NCBI RefSeq assembly: GCF_052425735.1
Contig: NC_135769.1
Coordinates: 30,566,001 to 30,630,000, forward strand
Direction: 5' to 3'
DNA length: 64,000 nucleotides
Source: Oculina patagonica
Taxonomy: Eukaryota
Below are positions 13,236-25,200 of the stretch, piece after piece. A program made the position numbers and the translations under genes. Under the pieces are notes generated by a model. That model had not been told where the DNA came from and ran no database searches. It saw nothing but the letters and a program-made list of their open reading frames with translations. The stretch's first letter is position 1, and every line of letters begins with the position of its first letter.

Positions 13236-16200
13236 TTATCTTTGCTTCCTCAGAGGCGGTACCAAAGGCTTGATTATCCCATCCCCTGGTGGTGGGGGTA
13301 CTCCAGCGTAGCGCTCCCCAGGGGCAGGGGGAGCGGGCGGTAGAAAATCTTCGTCGTCCGAAGGCGCTGATATGGTGTTATCGAAATCGCTAAGAATGTC
13401 CTCTATATTTAACCCCCCTGGTCCATTGGACATGGGGGAAGGAACCAAATCTAAGTCGTAATCTGGCGGACCGGACAGGGGTAATGTCGGGGGTGGGTCA
13501 CTCGGCGGGGGAGGGGGAACAATCGCAAGATCATAGTCCACATTTCCGCTGTTTTTCCAAGATCCCTTTTTAAGCCTTGTGTTCGTCTTCATTGAATTAC
13601 GCGAAGTTTTTTTAATATTAGTGTCCTCTATTCCTTCTTGCCAGCCTGAGGGTGGATTCACAGTCTGGATATCAAACGCCAAGCTCACAGTTTGTGGATC
13701 GTTGTTATTGTCGAGTTCTTTGAAGTGAACGGGAGGTGGAGGAACGATTTTGAGATCCAAGGAATCCACGCTTGTTTTTGAAGGTGATCGTTCAGATTTG
13801 CCATCCATCCACTCCAACGGAGGAGGGGCAATGATCCCAAAAGAATCTGTTCCATTTTGGGACCCAGCTCTTTCGCGATCTGGAGAAACTGAGCCAGATC
13901 TTACCCCGTAAGCTCTGGGGACGAGAGATGTTAATTTTGGCGGTGGAGGAGGTTTAAAGCTTGGCGGCCCGTTTACGTCCTTATTTTGGTTCAGTTTGGA
14001 ACCGAATTGAGGTTTTCGCGGTAAATCAGGCTTGGTCGACACAGCAGTATCAGAATCTCGACTTGGAATTTCGTCCTTGTCAAAGCGCTCCAAGACACCA
14101 TTAACTGGACTGTAGGAATTCAAACGGTTCCCTTCATTCGGGCTTTGCGTCGGGTGTGTCGTTTCCTCTTTTGTCGCATCTGCTATGGAAGATACTCTTG
14201 GGGGAGGTGGTGGTTTAAACCGCGGGGACCTTTCTAAGTTTGGCGATGAAGATGTTGACGAGGGAGCAGAGTCGGATACAATTTTAGCCGAGGCAAGTCG
14301 TGGCGATCCGGGCAACACAACTGGAAGTCGCGGTGAACTTGGCGACACAGGAGATTGAAGTCTACCCTCGTCCGACGGGGCATCTTGATTTGGGACACGC
14401 CCTTGTGTATTTTTGGGCTGGTATGGGGCAGGTTTGGGGGGAGGTTTTTTGACAGGACTTGGATCAGATGGAGTTTGCAGTTGTGAAGCATCTTGTACTG
14501 TGTTCTTTTGCTTGAAAGGAAGAGGTTTGGGAGGCGGGGCACGTTTTATATCCTCACCACTTTTGGTTGGCAAATTACGAACGACGTCCGTCGTGAAATA
14601 CGCCTCAACTTCGGGTGTCGCAACGGTATCTTCCGCCTCAGAATACAGAGTTTCGTTGTTAACAAGTGGCCTGCGGAATGCTTCTTTCACTTCTGCGTAC
14701 TCTGCATCGTTTTTCGCAGAGGAAGAAGAGGCTACAGACGCGCTAGACAGGCTAACGTTACGAGCAGGGGGCGCTGGACCCCTATCCCTGAACGGGCTGG
14801 GCGGTGCCGGGGGCATGTCTTTTCTGCTTTCAATGCGATGTTGATGAGGTGGTGTCGCAGGAGCTATAGGTGATTTTTCCTTTCGTGGTTCTACAACTTC
14901 GTACGGATTTTCTACATCACCTTGAGAAGTTTCCCCAGGGCTCGCGCTGGTCCTCAATGCATTAAAACGATTTTGCTTTGGAGACGCTTGTGGGGAGCTG
15001 TCGCGTATCGGTGGGGGTGGGGGTGGGGGCGATAGAGACGAAACGTCTTCATCTGTATAATAACGGTCAGGAATGACTGGTGACTCTTCGATAATGGCGT
15101 TTTCTTCCTCCGTTTTCTCAGTTACACTGGGAGCTTTGTTCTCGCTGGTGAAAAAAGACTTGGGCTTCTTTTGGGACATGTCAGGTTTAGAATAAGCAGG
15201 TATCTCTTGCTTTCCGCCTTCGAATAGCGACTTTATACCTTTCACGCCACCATTCGGGGAGGTACTGGGCACTGTTTTGCTCACTGCTGCGTCGCTCTTT
15301 AGTTCAAGTTTCGGGAGTTCCTCTTTGCTCGATTTCCCGTCCGTTCTGATTTCTTCATAGTCACTTACACGCTTGAGGGGTGCCACTTTACTAGGCTTCT
15401 CATTTCTAGCCGTTGCTGAAACTGGGCTTTTAGGGGCGCTAAGCTCTTTGCTGCGATCAAAACCAGGCGATTTCGGTTTTGTCTTCGGCGGCGGTGGTTT
15501 AGGTTTGGTGGGCACCGGTGGCTTAGCGCGCTCTATGACAACCTTTGAAGATTCTTGTTTCGGCGGGGACGCGCTAACATCCACGACAGTCCAAGTTGCA
15601 GCGGTACTCGGCTGCGGCTCGGCAGCTTTCGCTTCTGTGTCAACTGATGGTCCACGGGGTGAAGACAACGGAGAAAACACGTCTTCACTACTGCTCTGAC
15701 TCTGAAGGCGCTTCTTAAATTGAAATTCTTCTAAGCTCTTCTTCAGTTCACCTTTTTGGTCCAAATCAGGATCGCTCATGCTGCGTTGTATTTGCAGTTG
15801 CTTTGCACGTTCCTAAGTGAAACAAAACATTTTTTTCAACATTCTTTTAAACAAACATTAATTTTAACTCTTTTAGCATTCTTTTAACAATCTTTTTACA
15901 CATATTTTTAACTTTTTAATTTATGCGATTCAAATGTAATGTTCAAATTTAGGTCCATTTATCACATGGTTTTTTATCCGTCGAAGAGAGCAGACTGGCT
16001 GCTGATAGCTTATAATTTTTAAACAAATTTTTACCAGAGAACGCCTTTTACAATTTTATTTTGAAACAAAATAGCCTGTGTACAGCCGTCCCGCTCCGCT
16101 CAAAGAAATCGCGGAGTTGGATGGCTGTACACAGGCTAAAACAAAACAGTGTATTGGTAAATGACAGTACCGAATTTAGTATGATTTCGAGATACGGTAG

Positions 16201-19200
16201 ACAATACCTAGACCAAAGAAAACTCGACAATAACGGTGTGATTTTTTAGAACAGTACTCGACTTATGACAGGCACCAGGAGTACAGGAACCCATCAGGAA
16301 GTAAGGATGACTAGCGATGGCCAGGATGGAAATGGATTGAAAGGAAGGATCATTTCTTGTGTGTATGAAGTAGAGAGAGAAGCCGGAGAGATAAGTCTTA
16401 AGAAGTAGGGGCCAGTTACAGTGCGTAGGGCAGGGGGGGGGGGGGGGGAGGGAGGAGGAAAAGGGAGGGGGGAGGGTAAGGAGTGAGTGATTAACGCCAA
16501 AACATAAAAAAAATATATATAAACACTTTAAAAGTGCACTTTTTCCGTACCCCCCCCCCCCTCCACCACGAAAGAAAAGAAAAAGAAGACAAGAATGAAA
16601 GGGACCTTTCAAGTCCCAGACACTTAAATAGGGCAGGAAAGGAGGAGTGATCGTGGTGCGGTATGCTATAAATGCGTACGAACCTCTCTTTGTTTTTCTC
16701 GTTTAGCTTGTTCTTCCTTCTGCTTCAACTTGGATAAATTCTCTGCATGCGCCCTCTGTGGAATAAAAAAGAGGGATGAATAATTGGCCACAGAATATTC
16801 CTAACAAAAACTATAGAACATATATATTAAACAGCAAAAAGGTATGTATTCATGTAATTCTGGCAAACTTCAAAAGATTGACGGTCAAGTCTAAGACGCG
16901 AATGAAGTAACCAGCTCGGCTCCATCAAAAATCCTACAAAACCACCTGTTCTGCGGCTGTACAAACCCTGCTTCTGATTAAGCTTTTAATTTCGGCATCG
17001 TTTTAATCCGATTCTTAGTAGTCAGACGATACGCAAAACATATCAAACTCTGCTATGCAAACGCGTTTGCTCCAGACGAAATTCTTCCTTGGAAAGGCAA
17101 AGCTTCGTAGGAGAGTCTACGAAGGCTATTTACATACAAACAGCAATTAGGTCACTCACCTCAAAATTCATAATAAAGGCAGCAAAAATACCAAAGAAAT
17201 CTTCTGTGGTGGCAGACGTCGGTTTTTCCCCAAAGAATTTCACCGTTTCTCGGAACTCCTTTGTCGTCTTTTCTTGCAAGCTGAGCAGATCATTCAGTTC
17301 CCCTTCAGTTTCATCAATAATGCTCTAGAAGTTCCAACGAAAACGTTTTAGCTTTCATCAGTATTATTACAGAAAATTAACAATGCATGTTAATTTTATG
17401 CACCTTAATTTAAAGCATTGTTAATTTATTTAACACTAATTTACAGCAAAGTTACATGAATTCTACCTCTGCGTGATAGTCAGTCAGTCGACATGTCGTC
17501 ATTCAATATTGATTTTAAAATGTTTTTAGTTTTGTAACGTTTGTTTTGTCCAAGGGTAAATGGAGGAGCTGCTCACTTCGATTTTCTTGTGTTTTCTTGG
17601 TATTCTGTTGTTGCACGTTGTTGTTTTGTCTTGTCAAAAAGGCAGGTAGTTATATAAAATTTTTACCCATCAAGCATCAAATTCGCGTTGATTAAATGCA
17701 TGCAAACGTATATCACACGGAAATTCGCGTTAATTTAATGCATGTAAAGATAACTTTTCAAAAATTCACGTTAATTTTATTACGCGTAGATTTTGTTCGC
17801 GTTGTTAAAATGTTTCGTTATATTTCTATAATAAGGTACCATTTAATAAGTGTTCATACAAGGAATAGATTCAGGTCTGTGTCTGATAACATTCGTTTAC
17901 GCACGTCCGCTTTTTTGTTTTGTTTCAATTTATTTCACTTTGTGCCTAACCGCGAATAATCTTCGTCAGTTTAAAAAAAACCATAAAGAAATGTAACTTT
18001 TAGGCACACTTTGTATGTTTTCTTACATTGAAGTTAAATAAAGGGTTACAGTAAACAGACAAGATCTAAGGCTAATTCAAAACAACTGTTGCAGCGAAAT
18101 GTGTACAAAGAAACCCTTTGACAACTCGAAGCCAAAACATAGCTGGTGGTAACCGCGGGCGAACATGTAACCGGTGACCAGAAAGCGCGGGAAAATGGAA
18201 ACACGTGGCAAGAGGGTAAAGTGGTCTTTTATCTGATTGGCTAAGATCTTCAAGCAGCTTTATTTGATTGGTTAATTCTAACTCATAAGAAAACCTCAGC
18301 AGTACAAAGAAAATGTAAGACTTACCTTCACCGCCAGAGAAAAGCGATCATTTGGATCTTGCGATTTAAGTGATCGGAAGGCTCCAAGGTCTTTTTTCAG
18401 CTCCTATTTGAAAAGAAATGAATTAATCCGCAAGTGCAAACAGAAAGAAAAACCTTCAAGTTTGAAATAACATACCCATTTGAACAGAATAACAAATCCG
18501 AACGGAATAACTTGTTACAAACCTGCATTCCAGCCGATAAATCTTCTACTTCACATGAGACCATTTGCCCTGACACTAACAGAAGAAAACAGCAAAAATC
18601 AAAACAGGAAAAAATTGTCAAGTTTTTCCACTGAACACCTGTGGGGGGTGACTCTCATATGAAAGTGACGGGGATGCTCGTCGTCTCGCTTAGGGGTGTA
18701 TATTTTGGATTTTTGGTCTCGCTTAGGGTGTTCCGGGCAAAACGCCAATATTTTTTAGCCATAATGGTCTCGTTTAGGGTTACACACGAAGAAAGATACA
18801 AATATAAATTCTATTCTTAGTTTAGTGGTATCTTTTAGGGGTCAAAAAAACTTGAGCCACACCCAGATTGGTCTCTTTTAATTTTTTCAAAATTTCTGAC
18901 GAGCATCTCCGTCCGTTTCATATAGGAGTCCCCTCCCCCGGGTTGTTGGTCTTCCGATACGAAACAAGCTTCTAAACTAATCAAAAGGGCCACAATCACA
19001 TCCATGTGTAGTTTAGCTTCCAACACGTGATTATTTTAACTTCTCCACATTCCCAGACAACGATTTCAACTTTTACAAGTTTACACGAGTCTCTTTACTT
19101 TCGTCGCAACTTCATTGGTTAAGAAATGTTGCCTGTGCATGTAAGAAGCCAAATGCATCTTGCATGCGATAAGTGCTTTAACAAACTTGGAAAATGGAAA

Positions 19201-22200
19201 AAACCTACCTTTTGCAGCCGTTGGAACCGAAGGAATTTCCTCCTTGATGTTCAAAACTTCGGGACATTTTGATTCGATTGACTGCACTAAAAAGTGCAAG
19301 AGCGTCGACTTGTTATCTGACGTTTTAGTGTTGCTGAGCTAGAGAAGATAAAAAAGAATCAAAGGAGGAATGAAAAATTAAAATATATATGAATAAAGGA
19401 CAGAAAAGGAAGGAAATAATGAAAAAAGAGAGAAATTAAACATCAAGCAAACCGTTTTTAATGAGTCACGTTAGCTACGATGCGAGTATAAAAGGGACCT
19501 TCAGATCGGAGTACGAAGACGAGATCGACTACAAGTACTGACGACTTTTGAATTTCAATCCAGTTACGTTCCTAGAGCCTTAACTCCTTCCTGTTGCTGA
19601 CGGCAGACCAGTTAAAAAGAATGCGATCAGTACGCGATTGGTATGAAACGTGATAATCAAAAGCATAAGCACTAATTTTGAAAAGTCGTAACCGTACTAA
19701 CTCCGATCTGAAGGTTGCTAATATTGAATAAAAGGGAGCATTTGACGTATAATAAATTATAATAAATTTATGACTACAGACACGCGCGGGTACTGCCTTG
19801 ATTTATCTCCAAATTCTCAGTACTTACATGTAAAGAAATGTATGGAAATCTGTTAGGAGATGTTACACTTATACCTTGTTCAAATACTCAATCTTGAAGG
19901 CAGCAGCTGATCCTATTCTCATGTTGCCTTTGTTCATGTAATTACCCATCTTCAACACCAGCTGAAAATATCAGACAAACACAGCGATTAAGTGTGAGAA
20001 ACAGTGCCGGCAAATGCTTATGAAAAAAGTGATCGTCTTATGATCGCTACAGCATTTTAATCGTTTCAAGAAAATCAAGCCACACTGCTAGGAGCGGGAA
20101 AACTCCATACCTCTAAGACCTTCTGCAGTTTAGGACTTTTCCTCAGCTCTTCTGAAGCATCCAGAACAGATTCCAAATCCTACAAAAAAAAAAAAAAAAA
20201 GATTATTACTAAACGATTTCCACTAATCCAACGAAAACATAATAAGCAAAGACGACTGTGTTCATCCTGACTTATGACGCAAGTTTGCAGTAAACTTTGC
20301 TGGTTTCCAAACTTCTCAGCCAATGAAAAAGTAAACAAAAGCACGTGCAATTTTTCGACATGCTGCTATTTTAACGTCTCCGCCTCGACGACTAACTTGC
20401 TTAGTGATTGACCAGTTGCAAGCAACTGGAACCCAACAAAAATATGTCAAAATTTGTCAAAAAAAGAACAAAAACTAAATTGAGTACATTATTTTTTAAG
20501 GTACATGTATGCTCTACTTCTTACCGGCTTGATTTCTTCCACTTTGTCAGCAAAACGAGCTTTAAAGAGTAAGGCTTTCAGACGCTGTTTGTACCAGGAC
20601 ACTTTGCTCATCTGCAACAGTGAAAAATGCATAAATTTCAGCATCGACTGCATTTTTATCAAATTTCAGGCGTTATGCAATAAACTTAACAGAACACATT
20701 TTTGTAGCTGCCCGTAATTTTAGCGGAGAATATTCTGCACGGCAACACCATAACGTCCATCACTTGGATGAATTGAATGACTTAACACATCAAAAGAGAT
20801 GCTTTGAGTAATAAACTGTAAAACTTAGTCATACGTACTTCATAACAAAACCTGTCTGCCTTGTCCAACTTGGAAACATCGTCAGCAAAATACTTAAATT
20901 TCTGAAGCTGAAACAATAGAGACAAGAAACTTGTTTGTTACCGGCTATATCAAGATGCTGGGCCATCAGACAATTATTTCTAAAGAAATTACATGTAATA
21001 GGAGGTTAACAAGTTGCGCTGTTTTTTCTTTCTTTTCCTAGCGAGCCAAAGAATGGAAATAAGGAGTGCTTTCCATTTTTAAAACGCAACCGGTCGGACC
21101 AACAGGAAGTGACCGTTGTAAAATGGAACGACATTTTATATAAGTGTTATAATTTTAGTTGGTTTACAGTTGTCTTTACCTCTTCTTTATCCGGAGCGTA
21201 CAGGAGAAGTTGTTTCAAATGAGACTCACTAAACTTCTTTTCGTCCATTGCTAGAAGCGATTGTTTGATCTCCTCAAACGGTATTTTCAAGTGGCCCAAT
21301 AAAATTGCTGTCGATCAAAATGAACACAAACTTATCAGCAAAGGCAACAACTAAAAACAAAACAAAAAAACAAAACAAAAACAGACGAGATATGACTTGT
21401 TACTCACAAATGTTGTAGGATTTCTTTGGATTCATCACTGCTGGTTTTTCTGGCTTCTTTTCATCTTTGCCTTGAGAAAAAAAAAACAAGAATATTACAA
21501 TCACTTGACGTGTATAAGGTTTGGAAATTTGACAGACAATTTAGTGAGAAGACAAACTTACTTGATGCTCTCTGTATAGCGCTGAAACTCTGCTCGAGTT
21601 GTATAAATTCAATGACTTCTTCTGATGGCTCGTTGTGCCCCAACTGAAAACGAAAACAAGTACATTGGAAATTGAGTTGCAACAAAAGGAGGAACTGGGG
21701 AACAAGATTATGAGTGAGACAGCTTAGCTTTGAATTCTGTACGTTTACTTGGAAACAGAGTACTTATTTGACATCAAACCCTGGCTGGAAAACAGCTAAG
21801 CCAGGGTCTTAAACAGTGAAGCAAATTTGCAATTTCGTCATTCGCAGTCCATCTAATTCTTTCTTAAAATCACCCATCATTGTTCCTTTTTGGTTTTAAA
21901 CCTACTGTACAATGTTTTTCTCCCTTAGTGCACTAAACGTTTGAGGTTTTCTTTCGTTGAAGGTAATTTAAGACACCGAAAGATGTCTGACGAGTCTGTT
22001 AGCAGAGACAAAACATGCGTTTCAGACTAGCCACAACTTCTTGCGCACTAAAACGGGAGTTGTGTTGAATTTTAGAGTTAACCGCTGTGCACAGAGACCA
22101 TACCTGAGCCCACACTGTATCTTCCAGACCGGCAATACTCAGTTTTTCCCAGTTGACTCTTTTAAGCTGCATTTGTCCAGGGACATTTCCAAGGCCGCCC

Positions 22201-25200
22201 AGAGCTGGCGGTGGCGGAACTGTTGGTGGAGGAGGGGGAGGTGGTGGCGGAGGAGGGGGTGGGGGTGCTCCCATGGGGGGAGGTGGGGGAGGGGCGGCGC
22301 TTGTGCTTGCTCCATCTTGGTTCCCTGGGAAAAGAACACAGTTGAATGAATGAATGAATGATATGGGTTCTTATATAACACATTTACAAAGCTCAATGCG
22401 CTTCACAACAAGAACTGTGGGAGAGACCGGACTTATCAGGCGCCTTTGGCAGTAGTGATCCGTCCATGGGTATGATATCACCCCACCACCCAACCCAGAG
22501 ATACATGTGAATAGAACAGATCACAACACCTGGAATTCCGTGCCCTACTCTTTACGATTAGTTTCAGTTCACCAAATTAGTTTTATACAGCACGTTTGAA
22601 AAGGTAAATTTTTAATACAACAACAGCATCAAATCCGCTCTCTTCTGTCAAACTTACTTGAAAAGAGAACGCGTTACAAGGGTTTAACATATTACAGTAG
22701 ATCCCGATTTCTCACAACCTCGATTTCTTTAACCTTCCGATAACTAGAATCAAAAGTCAATTTCCTTGGATTTGCCACACAAAGTTGAACAATACAATTT
22801 TACTTCTAATTTCTTAAACCAATTTTCGTTCCGAGATATCGGGATTCGACTGAAGATCAACGCTTCACCTTACGATTTTTGTGTGTAACAGACGTACATA
22901 CCTTCTGTTTCTTTTTCTTCATCATTGTCCTTTCGTCGTGCTTTCACTGCAGCATCTAACGGATTCTCTGCCTTGTTTGGAGAGCTTGGTTCACTACCAT
23001 GATCTTGAACAAGGAAAAAAACAAAAACAGAAGGAAACAGCGATGAAGGAAAAAAAAACTGCCACATAGTGTTTACTGACCAAAATAACTCTTGTGCTCT
23101 TCACACGTACATCTTAAAGCAAACACAAACAATAATTTACAAATAAAGCAGGGAGAAGTCTAAGAACCCAAAAAAATTCGACACTTATGACGTATAACTC
23201 CACGGAGATATACGAGGTATCTGCGACTGGTTGCTATTGTTATAGACACGACACGGATCTGTGGAGAGCTACGTCATTAGTATGGAACATTTTTGGGCAA
23301 ATCTGAGAAAAGAAAGGAATTGAGCCCAGAAAGAGAGGCAAAGAGGGCTACATTGTTAGTGGTGAGAAATAGCAATGATAGTAGTATATAATAATTAACA
23401 TCAATAATACTACAGCTTATTTACCTCCAACCTCTTTCATTTCCGATATCATTTTCTCGCTCTTATCTAACGCTTCTTTAGTTTCCATCAACTCCTGAGT
23501 AGTGATGGCCAACTGATGCTGAATTTTCTCCACAGACTCTCCAGATGCCTCCCCAGAACCATCCCCAATACCACTATCCCCGCTCACTGAACGTGGGGTT
23601 GAAGTAACGATTCCTGCACCAGGGGATGTCGGTGTCCCGGGCTCGGGTGAGGATGCTGTTATGGGGCCATGATGGACCTGCGCTTGAGTCTGAATACTTG
23701 TTACACTGGACTTCCTGATCTCATCTGCTAATAATGCATCGGCCAGCTCTTCTGTTTAATGAGCAGAAAACAAAAGAAACAGCTTGATTTCTCTGTTCAC
23801 AGCCTCTCTATTTTTCAATGCAGAAGAACGTAAGAGAAACAGGGGATGCGAAAAACGGGGGAGGGAAGGGGGTGTGCGAAAATGCCAGGAACATGAATTA
23901 AAAAGCACTTTTAGACTGGTTTCCTCTCCTACTCCTCCAATAGACATGTACCACAAATCCTCACAAAGCAGAAAGCATTTGCCAGTTATGAAACCATGGA
24001 AGATCGAATTTTTTCAATAAGCATCTCAGCATTTTTCTTGATCCATTCAGTTTGTCTCTAAGTGTCAGAGCAGTGTTAGTTCAGTGTTTAAACTGTATCA
24101 GCCGATGGCTCGATAAATTAACTGTAATGTGTGGCTTATATTCTCCAAACATTTCTTGGCGATTCACCTAACTGTTTTGCAGATAAGATGGCTGCAAAAT
24201 GCACTAAGATGTCTAACACACTCATGTATAAATCAATTGAACTACTCAGTGTAAATGAGCAAAGTGTCAACACTTTGTTTTGTGGCATTTACATTGTTCA
24301 GTTTGTACTTTACTCAGTTTCCTCAACCCACCCCTCCCCCTTCCCATGTTCACATGCCCTACAGCACATCACAGGTAGCTTAATCACAGTATTCTGCTAA
24401 TAAATCCCCCTCTCACGGATTCTGTTCTCTAGAGCGTCCAATATAAATTTTATGGAACTTAATCTTACCAAGTCCTGCAAGATCAAGATCTACATCGTCG
24501 TCGTCCCACCCTGAATCAGGCGTACCATTTCTGGATCTTGTGTCACGCACTGGCACAGTATCCAGGTCTGATCCTGCCAAACAGTAACAAATCTGTCATT
24601 TTTAAATTTTATTTACTGGTATGGGCTTCTATTTTCTTTTCTTTTGCTTCTAGCAAGAAAAAACTATTTAACACCTGAATGCAGCTATCATGGGAGAGTG
24701 GAGGTTTTTACTTTAACGTCGAGCAAGATTACTTCAGTACATGAGGTAATTATGATAAAATATCTGAAACAAAGGAGACTAAGGGAGAACAGCATACATT
24801 TTCTGTATGATGTCAATTCCTTTCAGCCATATTGTCAAATTGTAGGACAACTGCTTTCAGTTAGATATCGAAATGGCTAAAAGATCAAATGAAAAATAGC
24901 AATGTGCCACCTACCATAACCAAATCCAGGACTAAGTCGACCCCTGGCGGCACCTGATGAAGGCCAGTGACCATACGGCTCCTCAGATACAGCTACAAAA
25001 TAAAAAGAGTGCACAAAGTCACATGCATTTAATCTAGAATCTGGTCAGAGCCACATGGTCTCACTCTGATTTTTTTTCCTTGCTTTCAGTACAAGTGACA
25101 TGGTGCATTTCAACTTCCTCCTTACCTGCTCCAGGCGTGGTATTGCGAGGTCTTGGTGCATCTGCAAGCCGCATGGCCTGCACTCTGTACAGTACATCAA

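Noticed and set aside
14234-15699. Overlapping/antisense ORFs (102-143 aa) inside the large delphilin exon
   Set aside because: Shadow frames of a GC-rich, proline-codon-rich exon; no recognisable domains or independent signals.
16208-16612. Polyproline/polyglycine ORFs as an extra FH1-like exon
   Set aside because: Derived from G/C homopolymer tracts in an intron. The flanking exons (16684 and 15812) already join in frame.
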